DNA of 64,000 nucleotides, from the NCBI GenBank assembly GCA_041601615.1, contig JBFIHX010000013.1, forward strand, positions 1 to 64,000, read 5' to 3'. The stretch is from Thermoplasmatota archaeon. GTDB lineage: Archaea > Thermoplasmatota > E2 > JACPAO01 > JAHFTW01. Shown in pieces: positions 10,388-19,930 of the stretch. The notes below the pieces were generated by a model. That model was given only the letters and a program-made list of their open reading frames with translations. It did no database searches and was not told the DNA's origin. Made by a program: the position numbers and the translations under genes. Position 1 is the first letter of the stretch, and the number at the start of each line of letters is the position of its first letter.

Positions 10388-13300
10388 ATGCCCCCCGCCC
10401 CCAAGATCATCCTGTACGAGCACATCGATTTCAAAGGAAAAACGCTCGAACTCAGCGGAAACGATCTTGATTTCCGCCGCCATAATTTCAATGACATCGT
10501 CTCCTCCATCGTAGTCATCAGCGGCCAATGGACGCTCTATGAACACATCAACTTCGGCGGCCGCTCCATCACCATCGGACCCGGACGATACCGCTGGATC
10601 GAAGATCTCGGCATGCGCAATGACCTTGCAAGCAGCGTCAAATTGCTCACCGCAACGCCGCCCCCACCACCGCCCCCTCCGACATCCGACAAACCGGCCG
10701 TCGTCCTGCACATGCACGCCGACTTCATAGGCGACACCCGCACCTACCACGACGACATGCCCGACCTCCGCGCAGACGGCTTCAACGACACCGTCAGCAG
10801 CATCACCATCCACCACGGCCACTGGGCATTCTACGAACACATCAACTTCACAGGCAAATCCATCGTACTCGGCCCCGGCAAGTACCGCTGGGTCGAAGAG
10901 AACGGCTTTGCCAACGACACCCTCAGCAGCATCAAACTCCTCGACAAAACACCCCCGCCGCCACCCCCCAGCAACCAACCACCCGAAGTGGTGCTCCACC
11001 AACACATCGACTTTGCCGGCACCGCCATGGTGTTCAAAGACGACGTGCCAGACCTGCGCGCCGTTGGCTTCAATGACACCGTCAGCAGCATCACCATCCG
11101 AGGCGGCCGCTGGACCTTCTACGAACATGTCGGATTCACCGGCACCTCCGTAACACTGGGCCCCGGCTCCTACCGCTGGGTGGAAGCAATCGGATTCCAA
11201 AACGACATCATGAGCAGCGTCAAGTTGCTTGACAAACCTGTGGTGAGCCCACCACCTCCACCACCAGAACCCAGCCGTCCAACTCCCCTCCCCGAACCGC
11301 CCACCACGACGCCCCCGCCCTTGCCCCCCGTCGTTCTGCCCCCTACCCCCATCGATTTGCAACCAATCCTCACGCACATCGACCAAAAACTGGCAGACGC
11401 ACTCCAAGCACTCGGCCTGCGCATCGACATGGTGCAAGGACAAGTACAGTCACTCGCCCAGCGCGTCGACAACATCACAGGAGGTGTTGGCGACCTCGGC
11501 GGCAAAGTCGGCCAAGTGCAGACCGTCGTCGACAACGTCCAAGACACCGTCACCCGCATCGACAAAGCCACCAAAATCCCCGAAACCGTGCTCGAAACCG
11601 TACGCGAAATGGACCTCGAATACGGAACCAACCTACTGCTGGCATCGCCGCACGGAAGCTTCCTCACACTGCAAAATCCCCCCCGCGCAGCACCCCTCCC
11701 GCTGCCCACGGGACTCATCATGAGCCGCGCCGACAACCCAGACTTCCGAGGCACGGCCCGCTACGGCGACCTCATCCACCTAGCAGACCCACAAGGATCC
11801 GCGCTGACCACAGACACCACCCCCGCACTCGCCAAAGCCACACCCGCCACGCGCTGGACCCTCGTTGATCCAGCCGACCCCGCCAACACCGGCCCCGTAC
11901 CGCGCTTTGGGGTGTTCCAATTGCGCAGCCCCCAAGGCACCTACCTCGGAACCCGACCCGACGGCACCCTAGAAGCCATCCGTGACACCCCCGGGCCCTG
12001 GGAAACATGGAGCCTGGCGCTCCCCCCCGGCGCCGTCGTGGCCATCCAAAGCCAAAGCAACAACATGTTCCTGCGCGTGGGAGACGCCAGCGAAGGCCGA
12101 CGCATCGAAGCCTCCAGCACCAGCCCCACCGACCCACGCAGCCAATTCATTCTGCTGCGCACCCGAGACGCCCAAGGCCGCCCATGGATTGGATTCCGGT
12201 CCCTCTACGACGACCTGAACGTCCAGATGACCCCCGGCTTCGTTCTGCGCACAGAAAACCGCAACTTCCAGGACCCCGCGCACACCTGGGAACACTTCCG
12301 CGCCGAAGGAAACCACATCTTCAGCCGCAGCATCGGCGGCTACCTCAACCACATCCCCGACGCGCATCGCCGCACCCAAGAAATCCTCGGACACGCCAGC
12401 GGAAACGCCAATGTACCCAGCGGCAAAGAGCCCAGCGCACAATTCCGCATCCTCGGTGTCCCCGCCACCGTCCCCCACGTTCGCGCGGCCAACGAGGCCA
12501 TCGCTGCCTGGCACGACGTCGTGGAAGGTGTTCGCACCGCCGCAGACAAAACCCTCGCACCCGTCTCGTCCGTGCTGCCGCCCGGCACCACCGGCCTACT
12601 CGAGGACGGAACCCCCGGCATCCCCAAGAAACCCGAATTGCCACCCCTCGAAACACCCTCCCCAATCGCGCCCCTCGCGCCCGCGCTACCCCCAACGGAA
12701 GTGCAAGACCTCACAGGCACCTTCGAGCCCGGCACCCTAGCCGACCTAGTCAAACGCCACCCCACAACCCAAGGAACCGCCGTCGAAGAAATGGACGGCC
12801 GACGCATCGGGTTGGTGCTGGTCTATGTCCACGACCCCACCGGCGCCACCCGCGGCGGCATCCCCATCCGCCTCCTCGTCAACGACAAACTCGCCGACAT
12901 GGTACGCACCGACGCACGCGGCATCGCCCTCATGCGCTACCCCCGGCGCCTCAGCGACCCCGAAGGCATGGTAGGCATGGTCGAATACGACAATGGCGAC
13001 AAAGAACAACACCGCCAAGCCATGTTCCACATCCCCGCCGGCCGCCAACACGCCGTCACGGAACTCGTCCTCGACGAACTACCCATCACCGACGGCATCG
13101 GCGACGACCCACTGCGCCGCCTACCCCCCGACTTCGGCGTCGATGTCTTCGACGACGTCATCCGACTGCTTGGCCAAACCGAAGACCCACTCCTCGGCGG
13201 CCGCGAAGGCAGCAACCGCTTTGCCAGCCGCCGCGCCCCCATGATCAAACGCGCCCGCCTCGTGCGCAACGGCCCCGACCAACACAACAAGAACAAGCAA

Positions 13301-15184
13301 TACCTCGTCTCCGTCCGCCAAGAATGGGTCTTCCTGGGCTACAGCCTCGGCGAAATGACCAACCTCGAATCCCTCACCCCCGGCACCCGCTGGGAAGAAA
13401 CCGAACGCAGCCTCGAACAAACTCTCGAAGAACTCCAAGACGTCTTCTCCCGCACCACCGACGTATCCACCGGACTCGTCGAACGCGCCGCCAGGCAAGT
13501 GCAGAACATGGTAAGCTCGCTCTCCAAAACCGGAGTCAGCAACCTCGCCACCGACACCAGCTCCGAAGTGGACACAAAAACCCACGCCGAAACCACCAGC
13601 GTCGGCCTCAATCTACTGTTTTTCAACGTCAACCACACCAACGCCAAAACACACACCAACACCAAAGCCCGCGCCAGCCTGCGCAGCCAACTGCGCACCT
13701 CCGCATTGGAAAACGCCAGCAGCAGCGCCAGCCTGGAAAACAACTCCACCCTGCGCGAGACGCAACAACGCGTCAACGAAGCGATCCAACGAGTCAGCAA
13801 CACCCAACGCAACCTGCAATCCACCAAGAGTCGAGTGCTAAGCCAAGTAGCACCCCTCTTGTCTCGCGCCACGAACCTCCTCAACTGGCAGATCTACGAA
13901 AACTACGCCGTCGCCACCCGCATCGAAGACGTAGTGGAAGTCGCCCGCAACCCCGTCGTGGCCCTCAAACCCGGCCAAGACCTGTTCAGTGCCGAAGACA
14001 TCGTAGAGTACGCGCCACTGTTTGCACCCCAAATCAAACAAGCGATGCTGCTGCCCAACTTCCTCACCCTAGCAACCCTCGTCGAAGAGTTCCGCGCCGC
14101 CAGCAGCCCCGTACGCACCCTGCAATTCGACGTACAATTTTCCGCACCCACCTGCAGCGCAATTCTGCGCATCCGCGTCGGCAATGAGGAAACCAGCATC
14201 CGCCTACGCCGGGGCCAATCACGAGCCAAAGGCCACATGCGCCTCGACCACCCCATGACCGCCCAGCAACTGGCTCGCACACCCGCACAAATTACACTGG
14301 TAGCAGGAAGCGACTACGATCGGCCCGCCCCCGTCATGCACACCCGCATGGTGGAACGCGACTACTTCTTTGGAAAATTCCAGGTCCCCGAGCAGTACCA
14401 TGTGTACCCCGAGCCCAGCTACCGCGTCGAAGTGAACGAACTCGAAGTGGCCTTCACCACCACCAAGGATGTGCCCCTGTCCGCTCGCGAATCCTTTGGA
14501 ACCGACTTCCACGTCACCCACAAGGCCCAGCGAGCCGAAAACCGCATGGACATGACCGTCCCCGCGCTGCCCAGCCTGCCCACCGACGACCCGCTCTACC
14601 TCCACGTCAACCGCAACGCATCCCACTACCTTGGCATCCTCATGGAAGCAGCCCTGGACGACCCAAGTCTACGCCACGACTCGCCACAACTACGAGCACT
14701 CAGCAAGAGCCCTCTCTGGAACATGCCGCTCTTGGGCTTCGAGGCCGGTGAAGCACTGATTCTCAAGGACATCACCGACGCCGACACCCTAGGCCAATCC
14801 ATCCTCCACGACGAAGGTGCTGCCACCATCGTGCAACTGGCCGCCCCAGGCAGCTACGGAGAAGTGCTGCAAGGCGTCCTGGAACTGACCGACCTCAAAG
14901 GACGCATCCCGCCGCAACTGATGGCCCAGCTCCAGACCGTGCCCGAGGGCTCCAAAATCGTCGACCCGAACAACCCCACCGCTGGCCCCGCCGAACCAGG
15001 CCCCCCAAGTTCCAACGAACCCCAGAACCCCGGCGGGCTGCCAAAAACCAATGGCGTGCCAACCATCCCCGGCGGACCGGCGCTGCCTGCAACACCAGCC
15101 ACCCCATCGGCCCCCGCGACCCCAGGTGTCCCCGCGTTGCCCGCCGTCCCAAGTGTTCCCAGCGTGCCAAGTGTCCCCATCTAG
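10388..15184 (+). CDS. Three beta/gamma-crystallin domains + coiled coil + beta-trefoil-like domains + putative pore-forming domain
   Basis: Six ND-x-x-SS motifs; Pro-rich linkers; HTWEHF; QEWVFLGYSLGE; C-terminal half clearly paralogous to 5912-9286. Confidence 0.8.
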   Translation: MPPAPKIILYEHIDFKGKTLELSGNDLDFRRHNFNDIVSSIVVISGQWTLYEHINFGGRSITIGPGRYRWIEDLGMRNDLASSVKLLTATPPPPPPPPTSDKPAVVLHMHADFIGDTRTYHDDMPDLRADGFNDTVSSITIHHGHWAFYEHINFTGKSIVLGPGKYRWVEENGFANDTLSSIKLLDKTPPPPPPSNQPPEVVLHQHIDFAGTAMVFKDDVPDLRAVGFNDTVSSITIRGGRWTFYEHVGFTGTSVTLGPGSYRWVEAIGFQNDIMSSVKLLDKPVVSPPPPPPEPSRPTPLPEPPTTTPPPLPPVVLPPTPIDLQPILTHIDQKLADALQALGLRIDMVQGQVQSLAQRVDNITGGVGDLGGKVGQVQTVVDNVQDTVTRIDKATKIPETVLETVREMDLEYGTNLLLASPHGSFLTLQNPPRAAPLPLPTGLIMSRADNPDFRGTARYGDLIHLADPQGSALTTDTTPALAKATPATRWTLVDPADPANTGPVPRFGVFQLRSPQGTYLGTRPDGTLEAIRDTPGPWETWSLALPPGAVVAIQSQSNNMFLRVGDASEGRRIEASSTSPTDPRSQFILLRTRDAQGRPWIGFRSLYDDLNVQMTPGFVLRTENRNFQDPAHTWEHFRAEGNHIFSRSIGGYLNHIPDAHRRTQEILGHASGNANVPSGKEPSAQFRILGVPATVPHVRAANEAIAAWHDVVEGVRTAADKTLAPVSSVLPPGTTGLLEDGTPGIPKKPELPPLETPSPIAPLAPALPPTEVQDLTGTFEPGTLADLVKRHPTTQGTAVEEMDGRRIGLVLVYVHDPTGATRGGIPIRLLVNDKLADMVRTDARGIALMRYPRRLSDPEGMVGMVEYDNGDKEQHRQAMFHIPAGRQHAVTELVLDELPITDGIGDDPLRRLPPDFGVDVFDDVIRLLGQTEDPLLGGREGSNRFASRRAPMIKRARLVRNGPDQHNKNKQYLVSVRQEWVFLGYSLGEMTNLESLTPGTRWEETERSLEQTLEELQDVFSRTTDVSTGLVERAARQVQNMVSSLSKTGVSNLATDTSSEVDTKTHAETTSVGLNLLFFNVNHTNAKTHTNTKARASLRSQLRTSALENASSSASLENNSTLRETQQRVNEAIQRVSNTQRNLQSTKSRVLSQVAPLLSRATNLLNWQIYENYAVATRIEDVVEVARNPVVALKPGQDLFSAEDIVEYAPLFAPQIKQAMLLPNFLTLATLVEEFRAASSPVRTLQFDVQFSAPTCSAILRIRVGNEETSIRLRRGQSRAKGHMRLDHPMTAQQLARTPAQITLVAGSDYDRPAPVMHTRMVERDYFFGKFQVPEQYHVYPEPSYRVEVNELEVAFTTTKDVPLSARESFGTDFHVTHKAQRAENRMDMTVPALPSLPTDDPLYLHVNRNASHYLGILMEAALDDPSLRHDSPQLRALSKSPLWNMPLLGFEAGEALILKDITDADTLGQSILHDEGAATIVQLAAPGSYGEVLQGVLELTDLKGRIPPQLMAQLQTVPEGSKIVDPNNPTAGPAEPGPPSSNEPQNPGGLPKTNGVPTIPGGPALPATPATPSAPATPGVPALPAVPSVPSVPSVPI

Positions 15185-15253
15185 CACCAGAGAAAACGCC
15201 CCAAGACCGGAATCATCAGGCCATCCACTAGGGTGCAATCAGACCGCAGCGGG

Positions 15254-16105
15254 TCAAAACGGGACCTGATTGGATCGCAAAAAATCCAACACCCTTGCAC
15301 GATAAGCGGAATCATCCCACAGGCGCAAATGCGGCGCACCCGCAACCTTCACCGCCACAGTATCACTGCGAGCATCAGCGACTTGCTTTGACAACAGTGC
15401 CGGCGTCACCTTATCCACATCAGACCAGGAGACCATGAGCGGAGCCGAGAAACGAGCCAGCGAAGCGCGTGCATCGAGGGCCTTCATCGCCCGTCGAAAC
15501 AGCAACGCAAACGCCGCCAACGCCCATCGATCCAAACTGTGACCTTTGCCCTCATACCAGGAGGTGAATGTCGGGTACGGACTCTCCAAAACGAGACCTG
15601 CAAGCTGCGGAACATTGGGCGCCGCAAGTGCTGCCGCAAACGATCCAAGACTGACGCCAATGCATTGCAAAGGACCGTCATCTAGCTCCTTGGCAGCCCA
15701 AAGTGCTGCGCCCACATTCTCGGCCAAGAATGGACTTCCCGCCGTGCCTTGCCCATAGTTTGGTTGGTCAAACCACAAGCAGCCAAACCCTGCCTCATGC
15801 AGCACCTCGACCCAACCTTCGCGCACAAACCAGTGGCCGCCGTAGCGACGATCCGGGTGCGCCAAGACCACCGTGCCGCGACCCTTCTTTCCAGGCAAAT
15901 GCCAGGCTCGAATCGTGCCCCGCGCCGAACGAACCGGGACAACCACAGCCCCGACGGGCGCATCCCACGGACCACCGCTGCGGTTCTTGCCCCACGCGAC
16001 GCCATAGATTCTTGCTGCCAGCCTGCGGTCTCGATCCGTAATGCCGGGCAAGCAACCAGGTACGTCCACGAAGCAGCCACGGGCCGCGCCTGGATAAGAG
16101 GTCAC
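15254..16105 (-). CDS. Alpha/beta hydrolase
   Basis: GVSLG nucleophile elbow, VLESP, D..TP and GAPH motifs. Confidence 0.85.
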   Translation of the reverse strand: MTSYPGAARGCFVDVPGCLPGITDRDRRLAARIYGVAWGKNRSGGPWDAPVGAVVVPVRSARGTIRAWHLPGKKGRGTVVLAHPDRRYGGHWFVREGWVEVLHEAGFGCLWFDQPNYGQGTAGSPFLAENVGAALWAAKELDDGPLQCIGVSLGSFAAALAAPNVPQLAGLVLESPYPTFTSWYEGKGHSLDRWALAAFALLFRRAMKALDARASLARFSAPLMVSWSDVDKVTPALLSKQVADARSDTVAVKVAGAPHLRLWDDSAYRARVLDFLRSNQVPF

Positions 16106-16148
16106 GGAATCGAGGCACAGTGACTATCCTGCGCTGCCGCCCGCCTGC

Positions 16149-17027
16149 CTATCGCACTTGGAACTTATTCGCCCACTTCTGCGCTCGACCCAAGTTGCCC
16201 GCCGCATCCGCCGCATGGTCGATGGCCACACGGGTGCGGTCGCCGCCATACACGGGCCGATCCACCTGATACAGCAAGCCGGTCGGGACCCGACTGCGGT
16301 CGCGGGCAATGCGCAAAGCCGCATCCCGGTCCGAAGCGTCGTGGCCCTCGGCCGCGATGTCCACCTTGTGCTCCCGGAAGAACCCGTAGTCTTGCAGATG
16401 GTTGTACGTCACGCAGGGACTCTGGATGTTGATGAGACTGAACCCCTTGTGGCGCACACCCTCTTCAATGAGCCCCACGAGTTGCTTCATGTCGCCACTG
16501 AAGCCCTGCGCAACATACGTCGCGCCGCCCGTAATCGCAAGTTCCAGGGGCGAAAGCGGATCCGCCATCGGCCCAAGCGGACTCGCCTTGGTGTGCATCT
16601 CGGCCGGCGTCGTAGGACTGGTCTGACCCTTCGTAAGCCCATACACCTGGTTGTCCATGACAATGTACGTCACATCCACGTTGCGCCGGGCCGTGTGCAA
16701 AAAGTGCCCAAGCCCAATGCCAAACCCGTCGCCGTCGCCGCCCGCCACGAGCACCGTCAAGTCCGGATTGGCAAGCTTGATGCCTGTTGCCGCCGGAAGC
16801 GCACGCCCGTGAATGCCATGAAACCCAAAGCTGCGAAAGTACGCCGTGATGTTGCCGCTGCAACCAATCCCCGTCACCAGCGCAGTCTTGGTCGGGTCGA
16901 GCCCTAGGCCTTCGGCAGCCAACTGCATCGCCTTCAAAACCCCAAAGTCGCCGCAACCAGCGCACCAAATCGAGTCCTTGCCCGTCCAGTCTTTCCAGCT
17001 CGTTGCCGCCGCCGCCGTCTCGCTCAT
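16149..17027 (-). CDS. korB: 2-oxoacid:ferredoxin oxidoreductase beta subunit
   Basis: WCAGCGD, GIGCS, HGRALP, GGDGD, YGLTKGQ and SPCVTYN motifs. Confidence 0.93.
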   Translation of the reverse strand: MSETAAAATSWKDWTGKDSIWCAGCGDFGVLKAMQLAAEGLGLDPTKTALVTGIGCSGNITAYFRSFGFHGIHGRALPAATGIKLANPDLTVLVAGGDGDGFGIGLGHFLHTARRNVDVTYIVMDNQVYGLTKGQTSPTTPAEMHTKASPLGPMADPLSPLELAITGGATYVAQGFSGDMKQLVGLIEEGVRHKGFSLINIQSPCVTYNHLQDYGFFREHKVDIAAEGHDASDRDAALRIARDRSRVPTGLLYQVDRPVYGGDRTRVAIDHAADAAGNLGRAQKWANKFQVR

Positions 17028-18745
17028 TGAATCGCCTCCAGGATGTCCGTGGCGCGCACAGGCGTACCGTCGTAACGAAGCACCGAACGCATCCGGTCGT
17101 GCACCGGCAACGCCGAGCGCACAAGCCTTGCCAACTGCGCAAACGCATTGGCTTCAGGACAAAGAATCTGAGAAGCGTCCGCGAACGCCGCCTTCACCGC
17201 ATCGTGGGGAAACGGCCAAAGCAACCGGATCCCGACCACCCGCACAGGAACGTCCGCCCGAGCCGCCGCCTCTCGGCACGCATCCACGGTGCTGCCCCAC
17301 GACACAAGTACCACGTCCGCGTCCGCAGGACCCTCCACGACAATTGGGTCGCGGCAATCGGCCACCACCGCATCCATGCGCAGCATGCGCCGCTCCACCA
17401 TCGCATTGCGAACCTTCGGGTCCTCGTTGGTAAAGCCCGTCGGCGCGTGCTCCGTGCTGTTGCTGTAGTAGCGACCGCCGGGTTCACCAGGAAGCGCAAT
17501 GCGCTCCGGCGCGTCGCCAGGGTCCGCGTACGGCTTGTAAGAACCATCCCACGCGTGCGTGCCGGCCGCCGCCGTGGGCGCTTCGCGCACGCCATGAACG
17601 CGGGCTTCCGCCTCCATGTCGATGGCGGGAATGGTCTGCTTGAACAAACTGCACTGCTGATCCAAGGCAACCAACGAAGGACAACGGAACTTCTCCGCCA
17701 ACCGGAACGCCTCACTCGTAGCCGCAAACGCATCCGCCACGTCCGTCGGAGCAAGCACCACGCGCACAAACTCGCCGCTGCCGCCATGCACCAAGTGCCA
17801 CAGATCCTCTTGACCATGCTTTGTCGGCATGCCAGTGCTCGGGCCAGGCCGCTGGCAATCCAAAATCACCACAGGCGTCTCCGTGCTGCCGGCCAAACCC
17901 AACGACTCCGTCATCAATGCAAGACCCGGCCCCGAAGTGGCCGTGATGGACTTCGCGCCCGAAAAACCGGCGCCGATGCAGACATTCAGCGCCGCAATCT
18001 CGTCCTCCATCTGAATCGCGACACCGCCCAATTCCACGAGCCGAGGCGTCAAGAACTCCAAGACATCGCTTGCCGGTGTAATCGGATACGCCGCAGCAAC
18101 ACGACAACCCGCCGCAAGTGCCCCAAGACTAGCCGCTTCGTTGCCGCTCAAAAACATCGCTGGCTCCGCGCTCGTTTCGGGTGCCTGGAACCGCACACCA
18201 AAACGCTCGGATGCAGCTTCAAAACCAGCCAGAAGTGCCGCCGCGTTGGCCGCAACCACCGCCTCGCCCTTGGAAGCAAAACGCGCCCCCACTTCCTTGG
18301 CAAGGGTGGCATACTCCACGCCCATCAACGCCGCCGACGCGCCAAGCGCCACCATGTTCTTTGATTTGGCCGAGCCTGCCAACTTGGCAAGCTCCGTGAA
18401 CGGAAACGACTGCACCTCCGCGCCCGAGGTGCTCACAAACGACTGCACGCCCTCATCCACTAGCAGCAAGGACCCAGCGCCAAGTTTGGCATCCATACGC
18501 GGCAAGACCGTGGCATTGAACGCGAGCGCCAAATCCACGCGCTCCGGCGGACAAAGATAACCGCCCGGCGTCAAGCGCACCGTGAACGTGGTGTCGCCAC
18601 CTCGAATGCGGCTGGGAAAGTCGCGCTGCGTCGTGGGCCGGTGGCCGATGGCCGCAAGTGCACGGGCAAACACCTCGCCGCCCGACTCAAGTCCTTCACC
18701 GGCAGTACCGCCGATGGTCCAAGCGACTCCATAACCAGCGGTCAC
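17024..18745 (-). CDS. korA: 2-oxoacid:ferredoxin oxidoreductase alpha subunit
   Basis: SRIRGG, GNEA, YPITPAS, EDEIAA, TSGPG and QRPGPSTGMPT motifs; ATGA overlap with the beta gene. Confidence 0.93.
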   Translation of the reverse strand: MTAGYGVAWTIGGTAGEGLESGGEVFARALAAIGHRPTTQRDFPSRIRGGDTTFTVRLTPGGYLCPPERVDLALAFNATVLPRMDAKLGAGSLLLVDEGVQSFVSTSGAEVQSFPFTELAKLAGSAKSKNMVALGASAALMGVEYATLAKEVGARFASKGEAVVAANAAALLAGFEAASERFGVRFQAPETSAEPAMFLSGNEAASLGALAAGCRVAAAYPITPASDVLEFLTPRLVELGGVAIQMEDEIAALNVCIGAGFSGAKSITATSGPGLALMTESLGLAGSTETPVVILDCQRPGPSTGMPTKHGQEDLWHLVHGGSGEFVRVVLAPTDVADAFAATSEAFRLAEKFRCPSLVALDQQCSLFKQTIPAIDMEAEARVHGVREAPTAAAGTHAWDGSYKPYADPGDAPERIALPGEPGGRYYSNSTEHAPTGFTNEDPKVRNAMVERRMLRMDAVVADCRDPIVVEGPADADVVLVSWGSTVDACREAAARADVPVRVVGIRLLWPFPHDAVKAAFADASQILCPEANAFAQLARLVRSALPVHDRMRSVLRYDGTPVRATDILEAIQ

Positions 18746-18999
18746 GCAGACACCTCACAGATTCGAAGGTCCAAGGTCGACCAAGTCAAGCCCAACACGG
18801 CTGCCACGACGGCGCCAGCCAACGCACCCCCATGAAGGTTGGCTCGCATCGCCCGAGCCCCATTCGCCCCGCTGCACCCCAGGGGCCAGAGTCGCCGACG
18901 CCCGGCCAGAGCAATGGCCACCCGGGCCCGCGCGCCCCGGAGGCCGCCTTGGCCACCTCCAAATAGGGCGCCACGCCACACCGAATTGGGGTCAATCCT

Positions 19000-19248
19000 A
19001 TGCCGCTTTACATGGACGTACACCGAGGAATGCACGGAATCGACGAAGCCAAGATGGCAGCAGCGCACCAGAAAGACCTGCAACACCAGGCAAAGCATGG
19101 CGTGCAGTTCCAGAGCTACTGGTTCGACGCCGAAAAAGAAACCGTGTTCTGTTTGAGCCAAGCGCCGGACGCCAAGGCTGCCGAAGCGGTGCACAAACTC
19201 GCAGGCCACCCGGCAGACGAAATTTTCATGGTCCATCAAGGATCCTGA
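19000..19248 (+). CDS. DUF4242 / SCO4226-like small protein
   Basis: MPLYMDVH..AAHQKDL..YWFD..FCL..AP..AVH..GH.ADEI pattern. Confidence 0.85.
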   Translation: MPLYMDVHRGMHGIDEAKMAAAHQKDLQHQAKHGVQFQSYWFDAEKETVFCLSQAPDAKAAEAVHKLAGHPADEIFMVHQGS

Positions 19249-19335
19249 AGCAAACCAGCCGGACGCGGGGAGCGCGTGGGGAAAGGAAAAGGGCGTTCAC
19301 CATCGTCAAGGAGTCCGATGAGGGTTCGACGAGGC

Positions 19336-19746
19336 CTAGCTGCGGCGAGCCACCATCAAGGCGCCCGCCATGGCGGCGAGTCCCAGAAGCGCGCCAAAGC
19401 CGGGCACATTGACCTTTGCGGAGGCGGCATCTTCAGAACCACCGTCTGCCTGCACTTCTAGGTCGCGGCAGTTTTCACAGCTGCCGTCGTCAGGGCCACG
19501 GGTCGGGTCGATGGGGCCGGAGCATTCGATGCAGTCCTCGGAACCGTAGGCGCAGACATCAGCGTCGCAGCCGCCAGCACTTGGAAGTTGGGAAGCACAA
19601 TCGGGATCGGCTTCCACGTCGCATTGGTAGCTGGCATCGAAGCATTCGTCAGCGTTTGCCTCGCTTTCACATTCGGCAGCGGCTTGGGCAGACACGGCGA
19701 ACACCGTGACGAGCAGGAGGGGGGTCAGAGCCAGTAGGCGATTCAT
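19336..19746 (-). CDS. Cys-rich secreted protein with PGF-CTERM (archaeosortase) signal
   Basis: Signal peptide; C-terminal VPGFG + TM helix + RRS. Confidence 0.8.
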   Translation of the reverse strand: MNRLLALTPLLLVTVFAVSAQAAAECESEANADECFDASYQCDVEADPDCASQLPSAGGCDADVCAYGSEDCIECSGPIDPTRGPDDGSCENCRDLEVQADGGSEDAASAKVNVPGFGALLGLAAMAGALMVARRS

Positions 19747-19930
19747 AGGCCTCAAACCATGATACACACGCCGGGAATTTGGAACACGGCTTATGGTTGG
19801 GCACGAACCAGACCATGCGCCGGACCGCACCCACCCCACCGCACACGAGGGTGTGCATCGGAGGCAAAATCAAGAAAAAAGAAGGAAAAAGATAGGCCCC
19901 GCAGATTTGCAGGGCGCCCTAGAGGCTTGC

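Noticed and set aside
10388-11230. DNA repeats resembling an array
   Set aside because: They are coding crystallin domain repeats; no CRISPR repeat-spacer structure or cas genes were seen in the window.
12007-14187. 726-aa Arg/Pro-rich ORF
   Set aside because: Alternate-frame shadow inside the crystallin protein gene.
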